From: Candidatus Sulfurovum kebritense
GTDB lineage: Bacteria; Campylobacterota; Campylobacteria; Campylobacterales; Sulfurovaceae
Assembly: GCA_047689535.1 (NCBI GenBank)
Contig: JBEWPZ010000001.1
Location: 54,599-118,598, forward strand
Reading direction: 5' to 3'
Length of the DNA: 64,000 bases
Shown: piece by piece, positions 20,782 through 32,000 of the stretch
How the letters are laid out: each line of letters opens with the position of its first letter
Position numbering within the stretch: the first letter of the stretch is position 1
The notes under the pieces: generated by a model
The model's database searches: none
What the model was told of the DNA's origin: nothing
Seen by the model: only the letters and a program-made list of their open reading frames with translations
Made by a program: the position numbers and the translations under genes

Positions 20782-21798
20782 ATGCGTAAATTTGGACTCT
20801 TTTTTCTACTCTTTTCTCTACTGATCACACCCGGTATTGCAAAAGACTACACCCAGAAACGTGAGGTGAAACTCTTCATCGACCGAATGGTCAAAAAATA
20901 CAGGTTCAACAGGTCTTACCTCAATCGTCTCTTTAAGGATGTAAAGTTCCAGAGGAGATCACTGGCTATTTATGTCCCCTCTTATAGAGATAAGGTCAAA
21001 CCCAAAAGAAGTGCGAAAAAACAGGGTTCATGGGACAGGTATGAAGAGATATTTCTCAAAGAGTCTAAAGTACAGAAAGGTGTGGCATATATGCATCAGC
21101 ACCGAAAAACCTTTCAAAAAGCATACAAAAAGTTTGGTGTAGAGCCGGAATATATCGCTGCCATTATCGGTGTGGAGAGTCACTATGGCGTCAATACCGG
21201 TAAATACCCTACCTTTGATACACTCACGACACTGGCATTTGAACCACACAGAAGACAGAAGTTTTACAGATCAGAACTCCAAGAGTTTTTACTGATGACA
21301 AGAAGAGAGAGGGTAAACCCCAGACGTGTGAAAGGTTCTTATGCCGGTGCGATAGGGTTGGGACAGTTCATGCCAAGCAACTACAAGACCTTTGTGGTCG
21401 ATTTCAATCGTGATGGAAAAAAACGGATGCATAATCCGGTAGATGCGATCGGGAGTATTGCCTACTACCTTAAGCGTCACGGATGGAAACGTGGTAGACC
21501 CGTTGCAGTGAGAGTCTCCTATCCAGGTAACCGATATACAGGTAAAAAGACAGGATATAGACACAGATATCATCGCAGATCACTGAAACACATTTTCCCC
21601 AAAAAACCGTTCAATTACAATAAAAAGGTCCACCTGATCAAACTGAAACGTTTTAAGTACGATGAGCTTTGGTACGGGACAAAGAATTTTTATGTGATCA
21701 CCCGGTACAACCACAGCAGCTACTATGCCATGGCGGTTTACCAGCTTGCGCAGAGACTCAAAGAGGGGTATAAAAGAAAATACGGGAAGAGGCTTTAG
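20782..21798 (+). CDS. mltB: Lytic murein transglycosylase (MltB-like)
   Basis: Signal peptide, IIGVESHYG catalytic Glu motif, GAIGLGQFMPS. Confidence 0.8.
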   Translation: MRKFGLFFLLFSLLITPGIAKDYTQKREVKLFIDRMVKKYRFNRSYLNRLFKDVKFQRRSLAIYVPSYRDKVKPKRSAKKQGSWDRYEEIFLKESKVQKGVAYMHQHRKTFQKAYKKFGVEPEYIAAIIGVESHYGVNTGKYPTFDTLTTLAFEPHRRQKFYRSELQEFLLMTRRERVNPRRVKGSYAGAIGLGQFMPSNYKTFVVDFNRDGKKRMHNPVDAIGSIAYYLKRHGWKRGRPVAVRVSYPGNRYTGKKTGYRHRYHRRSLKHIFPKKPFNYNKKVHLIKLKRFKYDELWYGTKNFYVITRYNHSSYYAMAVYQLAQRLKEGYKRKYGKRL

Positions 21799-21830
21799 AA
21801 AAGTTCACCCTGAAGAGTCAGGGCAAAGTA

Positions 21831-22262
21831 CTACTCTGCCAGTTTCATGTGTTCGATCTTTGTACAGTAGTTCTGTACGACTTTCATCCCGGCATCTTTG
21901 GCTTTTTGGGCCGCGGCATTGTTGACCAGCCCCTGCTGCCCCCAGAAGACCTTGACATCACCGCGCTCGATACACGCATCAGCGATTGCATCAAATGCCG
22001 CAGGTTTTCTGAAGATATCCACCATATCGATCTCAAACGGTATCTCTGCCAGTGAGCGGTAGACCTTCTCTCCCAGGATCTCATCCTCTTTCGGATAGAC
22101 CGGTACGATCTTGTATCCGGCATTTTGAAGGTATCTGGCTACCATGTTGCTTGCTTTGCTCTCGTCGGGAGAGAGTCCCAATACCGCAATCGTTTTGACG
22201 CTATCAAAGATCTCTTTCATCTCCTCTTTGTTACTATTTACCGTTGGAAATTCACACTCCAT
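21831..22262 (-). CDS. CoA-binding domain protein (YccU-like)
   Basis: IAVLGLSPDESKASNMVARYLQNAGYKIVPVYP Rossmann-like CoA-binding motif. Confidence 0.8.
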   Translation of the reverse strand: MECEFPTVNSNKEEMKEIFDSVKTIAVLGLSPDESKASNMVARYLQNAGYKIVPVYPKEDEILGEKVYRSLAEIPFEIDMVDIFRKPAAFDAIADACIERGDVKVFWGQQGLVNNAAAQKAKDAGMKVVQNYCTKIEHMKLAE

Positions 22263-22317
22263 AGTTCTTCCTTACTTGAATTTGATATAATTTGAGCATT
22301 ATTACTTAGGATAGTTA

Positions 22318-23529
22318 ATGTTAGACTTAAAAGAGATAGAAAAAGCGTATGAAAGAGTATCCGGTGTCGTGCACCGTACGCCTTTCAGTCATGCTCCTAT
22401 ATTGAGCCAGATGAGCGGGTTCGAGATATACCTTAAAAAGGAGAACCTCCAGCGTACGGGGGCCTTTAAGCTTAGAGGGGCATTCAACAAGATCGCATCA
22501 TTGATGGAGTCTGGAGGGATCACCGGTGTGGTGGCTGCCAGTGCGGGGAATCACGCCCAGGGGGTTGCCTATACGGCACAGCATTTTGGAATCACTGCAA
22601 CGATCGTGATGCCTGAGTCTACACCGTTAACTAAAATACAGGGTGTCAAAGAGTTTGGCGCTTCGGTGATTTTGCATGGTGCCAACTATGATGAAGCGTA
22701 TGCCTATGCGACAGAGTTTGCCAAGGAGAAAGGCTTGAGTTTTGTTCACCCTTTTGCGGATGATGAAGTGATGGCAGGCCAGGGTACGATCACACTGGAG
22801 ATGTTCGAGGAGGTAAAAGACCTTGACGCGATCGTCGTACCGGTAGGTGGAGGCGGGCTTATCAGCGGGATCGCTACAGCGGCCAAAGCACTCAACCCAA
22901 AAATAAAGATCATCGGTGTCTCGGCAGAGGGTGCACCAGCGATGAAAAAATCCTATGATGCCAAAACAGCGATCGACACAACGAGTGTACGAACGATCGC
23001 TGACGGTATTGCCGTACGTGATACCTCTCCCCTGACGCTTGAATATATTTTGAAGCATGTAGATATGTTTGAGACGGTATGTGAGGATGAGATCGCCGCA
23101 GCGATACTTTTTTTACTGGAAAAACAGAAAGTACTGGTCGAAGGTGCCGGAGCAGTGGGTGTCGCTGCACTGATGCATGGTAAACTGGATCTGCCTCCAG
23201 ATGCTAAAGTCGCAATTGTACTCAGCGGAGGAAATATCGATGTCACGATGCTTTCTCTCATTATCGAAAAAGGTCTGGTAAAGAGCAGCAGAAAAATGAA
23301 GCTCTCGGTACTTATGATCGATAAGCCAGGCTCCCTGATGCAGTTTACCGAACTCTTGACCGAGGTGGGTGCAAATATCGTTCAAATAGGCTATGACAGA
23401 ACCTCAATCGATCTTGAGTTTGGTGACGCGACGGTTTCTGTCCACCTTGAGACCAAAGGGGTGGAGCACCAGGATCAGATCCGTAGAGTTCTGACAGAAG
23501 GCGGCTTCAGCTTTAAAGAAGAGTATTAA
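22318..23529 (+). CDS. ilvA: Threonine ammonia-lyase (short form, one ACT-like domain)
   Basis: PLP lysine motif ENLQRTGAFKLRGA, SAGNHAQG, GGGGLISG. 403 aa. Confidence 0.88.
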   Translation: MLDLKEIEKAYERVSGVVHRTPFSHAPILSQMSGFEIYLKKENLQRTGAFKLRGAFNKIASLMESGGITGVVAASAGNHAQGVAYTAQHFGITATIVMPESTPLTKIQGVKEFGASVILHGANYDEAYAYATEFAKEKGLSFVHPFADDEVMAGQGTITLEMFEEVKDLDAIVVPVGGGGLISGIATAAKALNPKIKIIGVSAEGAPAMKKSYDAKTAIDTTSVRTIADGIAVRDTSPLTLEYILKHVDMFETVCEDEIAAAILFLLEKQKVLVEGAGAVGVAALMHGKLDLPPDAKVAIVLSGGNIDVTMLSLIIEKGLVKSSRKMKLSVLMIDKPGSLMQFTELLTEVGANIVQIGYDRTSIDLEFGDATVSVHLETKGVEHQDQIRRVLTEGGFSFKEEY

Positions 23530-23570
23530 GAGCATACGCATATTTATACTACTGTATCAAAGGGAAAGAT

Positions 23571-24473
23571 ATGATTGCTGTAGATTTAGGATCGAACACT
23601 TTAAGGGTTTTAGCGTTGGATTGTGAGAAGTCACAGTATATCGCTGAGTATGAAAAGACTGTCAAGACAGCAGACGGATTGGCTGATACGGGTATAGTGA
23701 GTGATGCGGCAGTCGAGAGAATTATCGTAGCAATTCTGGAGGCTAAAATGAAGATAGATTTTGGCCAACACCCTCTTAAGGCAGTAACGACCGAAGCCAT
23801 ACGCAAAGCAGAGAATGCTCAGGTGGTACTGGAAAAGATAAAAAACGAGACCGGTATCGACTTTGAGGTGATCAGCGGCGACGAAGAGGCGAGACTGACC
23901 CTTCTGGGCGTGAAGTACCGACTCTCTCAACTTCATTATTCGGCAGAGAGATTTGTGGTGGTGGATATAGGCGGGGGATCGACCGAACTGATCTTCCATT
24001 ATGAGGATGAGGTAATAACCCGAAGTTTTCCTATAGGCATTGTAACCGTGGCGCAGACCTATCACTCACTCGAGGCGATTCAGGAAGCATTGCCGGATGT
24101 TATGCTCGATATAGAGAAGTTCTGTGTAGAAGTATTTGCGACAAAGGGGCATATCAGCGCTTTGGTGGCGACTGCAGGTACACCGACCAGTGTAGCAGCG
24201 ATGAAATTGGGACAGACCTATGCGACCTATGATGCAGGTAAAATCAACGGAACGACACTGACGGTGGATGAACTCGATATCTATCTGGAAAAACTGCTGG
24301 CTATGCCTTTTGAAGAGCGTGAAACAGCTGTAGGTACAGGACGTTCAGACCTTATCGCTGCAGGGATATTGATCTTCAATCACCTCTTTAAAATCCTGGA
24401 GTGTGAGAAGTGTATCGTGGTAGATGACGGGCTGCGGGAAGGTGTGGCCTTGGAAGGGTGTAGCGGTTTTTAA
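23571..24473 (+). CDS. Ppx/GppA-family phosphatase (short, N-terminal domains only)
   Basis: AVDLGSNTLRVL and VVDIGGGSTEL actin-like ATPase motifs. 300 aa. Confidence 0.8.
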   Translation: MIAVDLGSNTLRVLALDCEKSQYIAEYEKTVKTADGLADTGIVSDAAVERIIVAILEAKMKIDFGQHPLKAVTTEAIRKAENAQVVLEKIKNETGIDFEVISGDEEARLTLLGVKYRLSQLHYSAERFVVVDIGGGSTELIFHYEDEVITRSFPIGIVTVAQTYHSLEAIQEALPDVMLDIEKFCVEVFATKGHISALVATAGTPTSVAAMKLGQTYATYDAGKINGTTLTVDELDIYLEKLLAMPFEERETAVGTGRSDLIAAGILIFNHLFKILECEKCIVVDDGLREGVALEGCSGF

Positions 24474-24527
24474 TTAAGATAAAATTTATCCCAATTAGGT
24501 ATAACTATCTTACTCAAACCTCTTTTT

Positions 24528-24536
24528 TGCTATAAT
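24528..24536 (+). promoter_or_regulatory. Extended -10 promoter element (TGcTATAAT) upstream of ilvB
   Basis: TGCTATAAT preceded by a T-tract, 20-35 nt upstream of the candidate ilvB starts. Confidence 0.5.
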
Positions 24537-24555
24537 CGGAGGAAAATAAAACAAT

Positions 24556-26280
24556 ATGGAGCGTGTAATCATGCAGATGAGTGGTGCACAGATGGTGTGT
24601 GAGGCGATCATCGCTGAGGGTACAAAGACCGTTTTCGGTTATCCTGGCGGTGCGATCATGCACGTGTATGATGAGATATATAAGCAAGACGGGTTCGAAC
24701 ATATTTTGACACGTCATGAGCAAGCTGCCGTACACGCGGCAGACGGGTATGCCAGGGCGACAGGTGAAGTCGGTGTTGCGATGGTGACCAGTGGACCGGG
24801 ATTTACCAATGCAGTCACAGGACTGGCAACAGCATATATGGACTCAATCCCTATGGTCGTTATCTCAGGACAGGTACCACTCTCACTGATCGGTACGGAC
24901 GGATTTCAGGAGATCGATGCGGTAGGTATCTCGAGACCGTGTACAAAGCACAACTTTTTGGTGCGTACACTTGAAGAGCTTCCGCGTATCCTTAAAGAGG
25001 CATTTTATCTGGCGAGAACAGGAAGACCGGGACCGATCCTTGTAGATATCCCGAAAGATATTACGGTAGATATCGGTGACTTTGAGTATCCTACCGAGGT
25101 GAATATCCCTACCTACAAACCGACCTATAAAGGTAACAGACGTCAGATCGAAAAGGCGGCTGATGCGATCAGAGAGTCGAAAAAACCGTTGCTTTATGTT
25201 GGTGGTGGAGCGGTTCTCTCTGATGCCTATAAGCTTGTAAGAGAGTTGGCAGAGAAGACGCAGATCCCGGTTGTTGAGACATTGATGGCAAGAGGGATCA
25301 TGGGTGCAGATAATCCTCTGCTTCTTGGAATGCTTGGAATGCATGGAAACTATGCATCCAATATGGCGATGAGTGAGACTGACCTGGTGATCTCTTTAGG
25401 TGCACGATTTGATGACAGGGTTACGGGTAAACTCTCAGAGTTTGCAAAATATGCGGATGTGATCCATATAGATATTGACCCGGCAAACATTGCGAAACTG
25501 GTAGATGTAGATTATCCGATTGTTGGAGATGTCTCGCAGGTATTGGAAGAGATGATCCCGTTGGTTGAAGATGTGGACAGTGATCGTTATCAGGCATGGA
25601 GAGAGATACTCAAGCGTTATGACGAACTTCACCCTCAAGCTTATGAGGACAGTGATACGGAGATCAAGCCGCAATGGGTGATTGAGCGTATCGGTGAATT
25701 GGTGGGTGAAGAGGCGATCATCACTTCGGATGTCGGTCAGCACCAGATGTGGGCAGCGCAACACTATCCGTTTGACAGACCGCGTCAGTGGATCAACTCC
25801 GGTGGTCTGGGAACGATGGGATTTGGTTTCCCTGCAGCGATCGGTGCAAAAGTGGCATTTCCTGAGAAGACGGTCCTCAATATTACAGGGGACGGATCGA
25901 TCTTGATGAATATGCAGGAGCTTGTGACCGCAGCTGAGTACAAAACGCCGGTGATCAATATCATCCTGAACAACCAGTTCCTCGGAATGGTACGTCAGTG
26001 GCAGAGTTTCTTCTATGAGAAACGTTTTTCCGAAACCGATCTTACTTTCCAACCGAACTTCAAAGAGTTGGCAGAAGCGTGTGGCGGTATCGGATATGAT
26101 GTGACGACCAAAGAGGAATTTGATGCAGCATTGAAAGATGCGATCGAAAAAGAGAAAGTATGTTTTATGAATATTGCAGTAAGCCGTTTTGAAAATGTAC
26201 TTCCAATGGTACCATCAGGTGGTGCACTCTTCAATATGATGTTGCCCCAAAAGAGCGAAGACGATAAAGGAGAGAAGTAA
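24556..26280 (+). CDS. ilvB: Acetolactate synthase large subunit
   Basis: ThDP enzyme motifs (GYPGGAIMHVYD, GPGFTNAVTG, GGLGTMGFGFPAAIGA, GDGS..MN.QEL). Start may be 24571 or 24577. Confidence 0.92.
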   Translation: MERVIMQMSGAQMVCEAIIAEGTKTVFGYPGGAIMHVYDEIYKQDGFEHILTRHEQAAVHAADGYARATGEVGVAMVTSGPGFTNAVTGLATAYMDSIPMVVISGQVPLSLIGTDGFQEIDAVGISRPCTKHNFLVRTLEELPRILKEAFYLARTGRPGPILVDIPKDITVDIGDFEYPTEVNIPTYKPTYKGNRRQIEKAADAIRESKKPLLYVGGGAVLSDAYKLVRELAEKTQIPVVETLMARGIMGADNPLLLGMLGMHGNYASNMAMSETDLVISLGARFDDRVTGKLSEFAKYADVIHIDIDPANIAKLVDVDYPIVGDVSQVLEEMIPLVEDVDSDRYQAWREILKRYDELHPQAYEDSDTEIKPQWVIERIGELVGEEAIITSDVGQHQMWAAQHYPFDRPRQWINSGGLGTMGFGFPAAIGAKVAFPEKTVLNITGDGSILMNMQELVTAAEYKTPVINIILNNQFLGMVRQWQSFFYEKRFSETDLTFQPNFKELAEACGGIGYDVTTKEEFDAALKDAIEKEKVCFMNIAVSRFENVLPMVPSGGALFNMMLPQKSEDDKGEK

Positions 26281-26756
26281 TGAGTATAGAGAACGAAAGA
26301 CGCGTAATCTCAGTTATCGTAATGAATGAAAGTTCAGTACTGGCACGTGTGACTTCACTCTTTGCTGCACGTGGATATAATATCACTTCATTGACAGTAG
26401 CTCCTATACCGGACAGCGATATGTCACATATCACGATCGAGACACAAGGGAGTTCAAGAGTGATGGAGCAGATCACAAAGCAGCTTCATAAGCTTATCCC
26501 TGTCTATAAAGTGATCGAACATGAAGAGATGGTAGAAAAAGAGATGGTACTGGTCAAATTCCCGATTGCAGAAAACCTTAGTGATATCTCGGCATTGTGT
26601 GAAGCGTACAACGGCGGTATCGTGAATGTAGGAACTGAAATGGTGATCGCCATGGTGGCAGACGAACCGTGCCGTATCAGACACTTTATTGAAGCAACAG
26701 AACGCTACAGTCCGATCGAGGTAGTACGTGGTGGCGTAGTCGCTATCGAGCGTTAA
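26280..26756 (+). CDS. ilvN: Acetolactate synthase small (regulatory) subunit
   Basis: ACT domain ISVIVMNESSVLARVTSLFAARGYNITSLTV. Its start overlaps the ilvB stop (TAATG). Confidence 0.9.
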   Translation: MSIENERRVISVIVMNESSVLARVTSLFAARGYNITSLTVAPIPDSDMSHITIETQGSSRVMEQITKQLHKLIPVYKVIEHEEMVEKEMVLVKFPIAENLSDISALCEAYNGGIVNVGTEMVIAMVADEPCRIRHFIEATERYSPIEVVRGGVVAIER

Positions 26757-26769
26757 AGCACTTTTTATT

Positions 26770-26799
26770 TTCCTGCGTTATTCGCAGGAATCTTACTTC
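26770..26799 (+). terminator. Putative intrinsic terminator after ilvBN
   Basis: 8-bp stem TTCCTGCG/CGCAGGAA, loop TTATT, then a T-rich tail TCTTACTTC. Confidence 0.55.
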
Positions 26800-26832
26800 A
26801 TGATAACTTTTATCACAGATTAGGTTGACAGT

Positions 26833-27789
26833 ATGACATATAAACTCTCTCAAATTACTCAAAACATAGGAATCGAATATCACGGCCAAGAGATCGAGAT
26901 CGACGGTCTTCATACACTGAGTGAAGCGACATCTTCTCAAATAAGCTTTTTTAATGACAAAAAATATGCTTCAGAACTTCCTCATACGAAGGCTGCTGCA
27001 GTCCTGATAGATAAAGAACATGCAGGGTTGTTACCTGAGACAACGATTGCCTTGGTTACGGATGAACCTTACCTGAAATTGGCGATGGCCTCAAAGTTCT
27101 TTGCCCATAAGTTGACAACAAAAAGTGAAGCTCCTCATGTCGGTGAGGGGTGTGATATCGACAGAAGTGTGAAGTTTGGAGAGAATGTCGCACTCGGAGA
27201 AAATGTGACGATCATGGCAGGGTGTTATATCGGTGATCATGTCACGATAGGCTCAAACACACTCATCCATCCCAATGTAACGATTTACCACCATACAGAA
27301 GTAGGAGAAGGGTGTATCCTACACAGTGGAACGGTGATAGGCAGTGATGGTTACGGTTTTGCCCATACGAGAATGGGAGAGCATATCAAGATCTATCAAA
27401 ACGGGAATGTGATCATTGAGGATGATGTGGAGATAGGTGCAAACTGTGCGATAGACAGAGCCGTATTCGGGTCTACACTCATCAGAAAAGGTACCAAACT
27501 CGATAATCTTATCCAGATCGCACATAATTGTGAAGTGGGTGAACATTCACTCCTCGCTTCGCAAGTAGGACTGGCAGGTTCGACAACGACTGGACGTAAT
27601 ATTGTGATGGGCGGACAGAGCGCATCGGCAGGACACCTGCATATCGGTGACTTTAGTACTATTGCAGGGAAGAGCGGCGTGACCAAGTCGCTTGAAGGTG
27701 GCAAGACCTATGCCGGATTCCCTGCGATCGACCATAAACTTTGGCTGAAAATGCAAGCAAAAATCTCTGGACTTTTAAAGCGTAAGTAG
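26833..27789 (+). CDS. lpxD: UDP-3-O-acylglucosamine N-acyltransferase LpxD
   Basis: N-terminal uridine-binding domain then left-handed beta-helix hexapeptide repeats. 318 aa. Confidence 0.9.
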   Translation: MTYKLSQITQNIGIEYHGQEIEIDGLHTLSEATSSQISFFNDKKYASELPHTKAAAVLIDKEHAGLLPETTIALVTDEPYLKLAMASKFFAHKLTTKSEAPHVGEGCDIDRSVKFGENVALGENVTIMAGCYIGDHVTIGSNTLIHPNVTIYHHTEVGEGCILHSGTVIGSDGYGFAHTRMGEHIKIYQNGNVIIEDDVEIGANCAIDRAVFGSTLIRKGTKLDNLIQIAHNCEVGEHSLLASQVGLAGSTTTGRNIVMGGQSASAGHLHIGDFSTIAGKSGVTKSLEGGKTYAGFPAIDHKLWLKMQAKISGLLKRK

Positions 27790-27994
27790 TTATAATCGAA
27801 TAGATAGAACAGTGCTAGCAATGTGAGCTGTCTGCTGACAAAAGACTCCACCTCAGTGCAAGTGAAGCAGTTCTGATCTAAAGCTTGATGCAATCTTTTC
27901 ACTAAATGAAAAGTTGTGAAAAATGCTGAGTGGTAAGATGTTAGCGTGCTTGGGGCTTTGCGCCTCAATAAATCACATCAAAAAGGAGTGTGCT

Positions 27995-28225
27995 ATGAGC
28001 GGAAAAGTTACCATGGTTGAAGAGATGGATCTGAGTGGGACGGATAACGGAAAGATCACTGTAACAACAGTAGAAGCACCGTATGGTCAGGGGAGTGCCA
28101 GCGTAGCAAGTATCGGAATTTCACTTCAGGGAAATGTGGAAGATCCTGATTGGAAAGTACACCTTCCAAAAGAGAATATTGATGGAGTGATCACTGCACT
28201 TCAAAAGGCGAAAGAGAGCCTTTAA
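27995..28225 (+). CDS. Hypothetical 76-aa protein
   Basis: AAGGAG Shine-Dalgarno 7-8 nt upstream of the ATG at 27995. The longer 27923 start lacks an RBS. No recognisable motif. Confidence 0.45.
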   Translation: MSGKVTMVEEMDLSGTDNGKITVTTVEAPYGQGSASVASIGISLQGNVEDPDWKVHLPKENIDGVITALQKAKESL

Positions 28226-28233
28226 CCCTATAT

Positions 28234-28260
28234 GTGATGAATGGCAGAGCCACTCATCAC
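28234..28260. terminator. Hairpin between convergent genes (possible bidirectional terminator)
   Basis: 11-bp stem GTGATGAATGG/CCACTCATCAC with one mismatch, loop CAGAG. No clear U-tract. Confidence 0.35.
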
Positions 28261-28709
28261 TATTCATCGTGTTTCATTACTTTATATTGGTCTAATGCTC
28301 TTTGCATCAAGTCAGGGTCAGGTATCTTTCTTCCTGCAATATATCCGACAATATTGCCATCTTCATCAAACTTAGGCTTGATCCATACAACAACCAGGTA
28401 GTATTTCCCCTCATTGGTCATATTTTTTACAAAACCTTCCCAGTAGTTTCCTTTTTTGATCGTATCCCACATCCCTTTGAATGCTGCTTTTGGCATATCC
28501 GGGTGTCTGTTGATATTGTGGGGAGAACCGATGAGTTCCTCTTTTGTGTAGCCTGTTAACTCTCTAAATTTACGGTTAGCATAGGTGATAATACCACTGG
28601 TGTCAGTTTCGGTAATCATTACACCACCATCAAATGGTACTTCCTCGTCTATAGGATCAGGTTTAGTGATCTCTTTACCTGTTTTTGTATTTTTGATAGT
28701 ACGGCCCAT
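28260..28709 (-). CDS. Stand-alone Aer/CetB-type (FAD-binding) PAS domain protein
   Basis: GYTKEELIGSPHNINRHPDMPKAAFKGMWDTIKKGNYWEGFVKN closely mirrors the E. coli Aer PAS core. AGGAG lies 8 nt upstream of the ATG at 28709. Confidence 0.8.
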   Translation of the reverse strand: MGRTIKNTKTGKEITKPDPIDEEVPFDGGVMITETDTSGIITYANRKFRELTGYTKEELIGSPHNINRHPDMPKAAFKGMWDTIKKGNYWEGFVKNMTNEGKYYLVVVWIKPKFDEDGNIVGYIAGRKIPDPDLMQRALDQYKVMKHDE

Positions 28710-29010
28710 TTGATAAACTCCTGATGAATAAAGTCTGTTATTTTGGAAAAGAGACTTCAAGAGAGAAGATGAAAACCGATCGATATATCCGTGAAATAGC
28801 TATATAAAGAGTACACTATGGTCTACAATCATATCTATGACCTTATGTTCCCCCGCTTCTTCCTCAACTTCACTTTTCCAAAAATTAATAACTAAATGAT
28901 ACCATCTTATGCTTATGTGCATGTGAAATCAGAGGAATTTTTTACAACCTTCGCTACAATACGCAATAATGTCTAGAGGCTATCTATGAGAATAGCCAGA
29001 AGGAAAACTT

Positions 29011-32000
29011 TTGTCTACAGTTGAAACGATTAAGTCAATTTTAAATGAACGAATATTGGTCATTGACGGTGCGATGGGAACACAGATACAGGATCTTGAT
29101 ATCCCTGATGAAGCCTGGGTCGATGCGAAAGGTACCGTACAGGAAGGGTGTAATGAGCTGCTGATTGATACAGCCCCTGACCTGATCAAGCGTATTCATA
29201 AGCGTTATGCTATGGCGGGTGCAGATATGATCAAGACCAATACCTTTGGTACAATGCCATGGGTATTGGATGAGTATGGGATGGGAGAACGTGCCTATGA
29301 ACTCTCTAAAAAAGGTGCTGCACTGGTGAAAGAGGTGTGCGAGGAGTATAGTACGGAGGAAGAACCACGGTTTGTGCTCGGTTCTATCGGACCGGGGACC
29401 AAACTTCCGTCACTGGGACATATCCACTATGATGAGATGTATGAAGGGTACAGAGAGGTTGCTCTGGGGTTGATCGACGGAGGGTGTGATGTTTTCCTGC
29501 TGGAGACCTGTCAGGATCCGCTGCAGATCAAAGCAGCACTGCACGCATGTGAAGCGGCCAATGAAGAGAGGGGTGTCAAGCTTCCGATCATGGTCTCTGT
29601 GACTATTGAACTGAGCGGTACGATGCTGATCGGTACCGATGCAACGACGATCGTAACGATTATGGAGCCGTTTGATATCCTCTCTCTCGGGTTTAACTGT
29701 GGTACCGGGCCGGATCAGGTCAAGAAGCACCTCAAAACGCTCAGTGAACTCTGTGATATGCCTATCTCGGTGCACTCCAATGCAGGATTGCCACAAAACA
29801 GGGGAGGGTATACCTATTATCCGATGGGGCCGGATGAGTTTACGGAAAAACAGCTGGAGTTTACCGCATTTGACGGGGTGAGCTTTCTTGGAGGATGTTG
29901 TGGTACGACACCTCAGCATATCCAGGCTCTCAAAAAGGCCGTAGCAAGTCTACAGCCTAAAACAGCGACAGGAAGTATCAAACCTTCCATCGCTTCACTT
30001 TTCAATACCACAGAACTCTTCCAGGAGCCTGCACCGTTGTTGATAGGTGAACGCAGCAATGCTACGGGTTCGAAAGCCTTCAGGGAATTGATCATTGCAG
30101 GTGATTATGAGGGTACGCTGACGGTAGGGCAGGCTCAGGTGCGTGACGGCGCACACTGTCTGGATGTCAATGTCGAGTTTGCAGGACGCGACGGTGCGGC
30201 AGATATGGCAGAAGTGATGAAGCTCTATAACCAGAAGATCCCGCTCCCGTTAATGCTGGATGCCACAAAAGTACCGACGATGGAGGAGGGGCTCAAGTGT
30301 ATCGGAGGGAAGCCGATCATCAACTCGGTCAACCTTGAAGACGGGGAAGATAAACTGGATGCGGTCTGTCAGCTGGCGAAGAAGTATGGTGCGTCACTGG
30401 TCTGTCTGACGATCGATGAGAAGGGAATGGCAAAGACCACTGAGGATAAGCTCCGCATCGCGGAAAGGCTTTATGACCTTTGTGTGAATCGCCACGGTAT
30501 CAAGCCAAGCGATCTGATCTTTGATATGCTGACCTTTACGGTAGGGTCAGGTGACCTGGAGTACCGGGATGCCGCCATCCAGACACTTGAAGCGATCCGC
30601 GAACTGCATAAGAGACATCCTGAGGTGGGTTCTACACTGGGACTATCGAACATCTCGTTCGGGCTTGACAAGAATGCGCGTGTCTTCCTCAACTCGGTCT
30701 TTCTGCACCACTGTATCCAGGCAGGGATGACCTCTGTGATCATCAATGTCAAGCATATCGTACCGCTTGCAAAGATGAGCGAGGAAGATAGGGAAGTGTG
30801 TGAGGAGCTTCTTTTCCGCCCTGATGACAATTCGCTCTTTAAGTTTATCGAACACTTCTCGGACAAGAGTCTTGATGAAAGTGGGAATGATGAAGCCTAT
30901 GAGGCGATGAGTTCTGAAGAGAAGATCGCACACTTGCTTCTGGAGGGGGATAAAGAGCGTATGATCCCTCTGGTTGAAGAGGTACGCCATCAGATACACC
31001 CTGATACTATCGTCAATGAGATCCTGATCGATGCGATGAAAGTCGTCGGTGAGCTTTTCGGTAGCGGTCAAATGCAGCTGCCGTTCGTACTTCAGAGTGC
31101 AGAGACGATGAAGGCAACCGTAGACTACCTCAATCCCTATCTCACGAAACAGGAGAAAGAGACCGATACGACATTGGTGATCGGTACGGTCAAGGGTGAT
31201 GTGCATGATGTAGGGAAAAACCTCGTGGATATTATCCTGAGTAACAACGGTTTTAAGGTCATTAATGTCGGTATCAAAACAGAGCTTCAAGAGTATCTTG
31301 ATGTAATGAAGGAGCAGAAGGTTCAGGCGATCGGTATGAGCGGACTGCTGGTGAAGTCAACCGGTGTGATGAAAGAGAATCTTGACATCATGGCAGAACA
31401 GGGGATCGATATCCCGGTACTGCTCGGGGGTGCGGCATTGACACGGGGCTTCGTAGATGACTTCTGTAGGCCTGCCTATAAAGGACCGATCTTCTACTGT
31501 CGGGACGCTTTTGACGGGGTGGTAGCGATGAGCCGTATCGAAAAGTATAATGAAGACCCGAGTGTAGGGCTTGATACAAGACTTGCCGGAGATATGGTCG
31601 AGCGTAAAGAGAAGGTGAAAAAAAAGGTGGTGATCCCACCTTTTGAAGAGATCACAATGCCGGAACGTGTAGAGATACCGACGCCGCCGTTCTGGGGAAG
31701 ACGTGTACTGACCAAAGAGGATCTGGATATCGATATGATCTTTGAGTGGGTCAACAGACGCTCGGTCTTTAAGATGCACTGGGGGTACAAATCCAAAGGC
31801 ATGAGCAAAGAGGAGTATCAGAAGCTGCTTGATGAGACGGTGATCCCTGCTTTCGAGCGTTTGAAGCGTGAGTTTAAAGAGAAAGATCTCTTTGATCCGA
31901 CGATCATCTACGGCTACTATCCGTGTAGAAGCGATGACCAGGAGCTGCTGATCTTTGATGAGAGCGAAGGATGGAATGTCGATGCCAATGCCAACCGTGA

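Noticed and set aside
28761-29010. Riboswitch (cobalamin, SAM or SAH) upstream of metH; likewise 53931-54212 upstream of metY
   Set aside because: I could not recognise any riboswitch consensus (no B12 box, no SAM-I/II or SAH cores). The likely -10 boxes (TACAAT near 28958; TATAAT at 54177-54182) leave leaders of only about 25-45 nt. Only a small hairpin (GGCTAT..ATAGCC) precedes metH.
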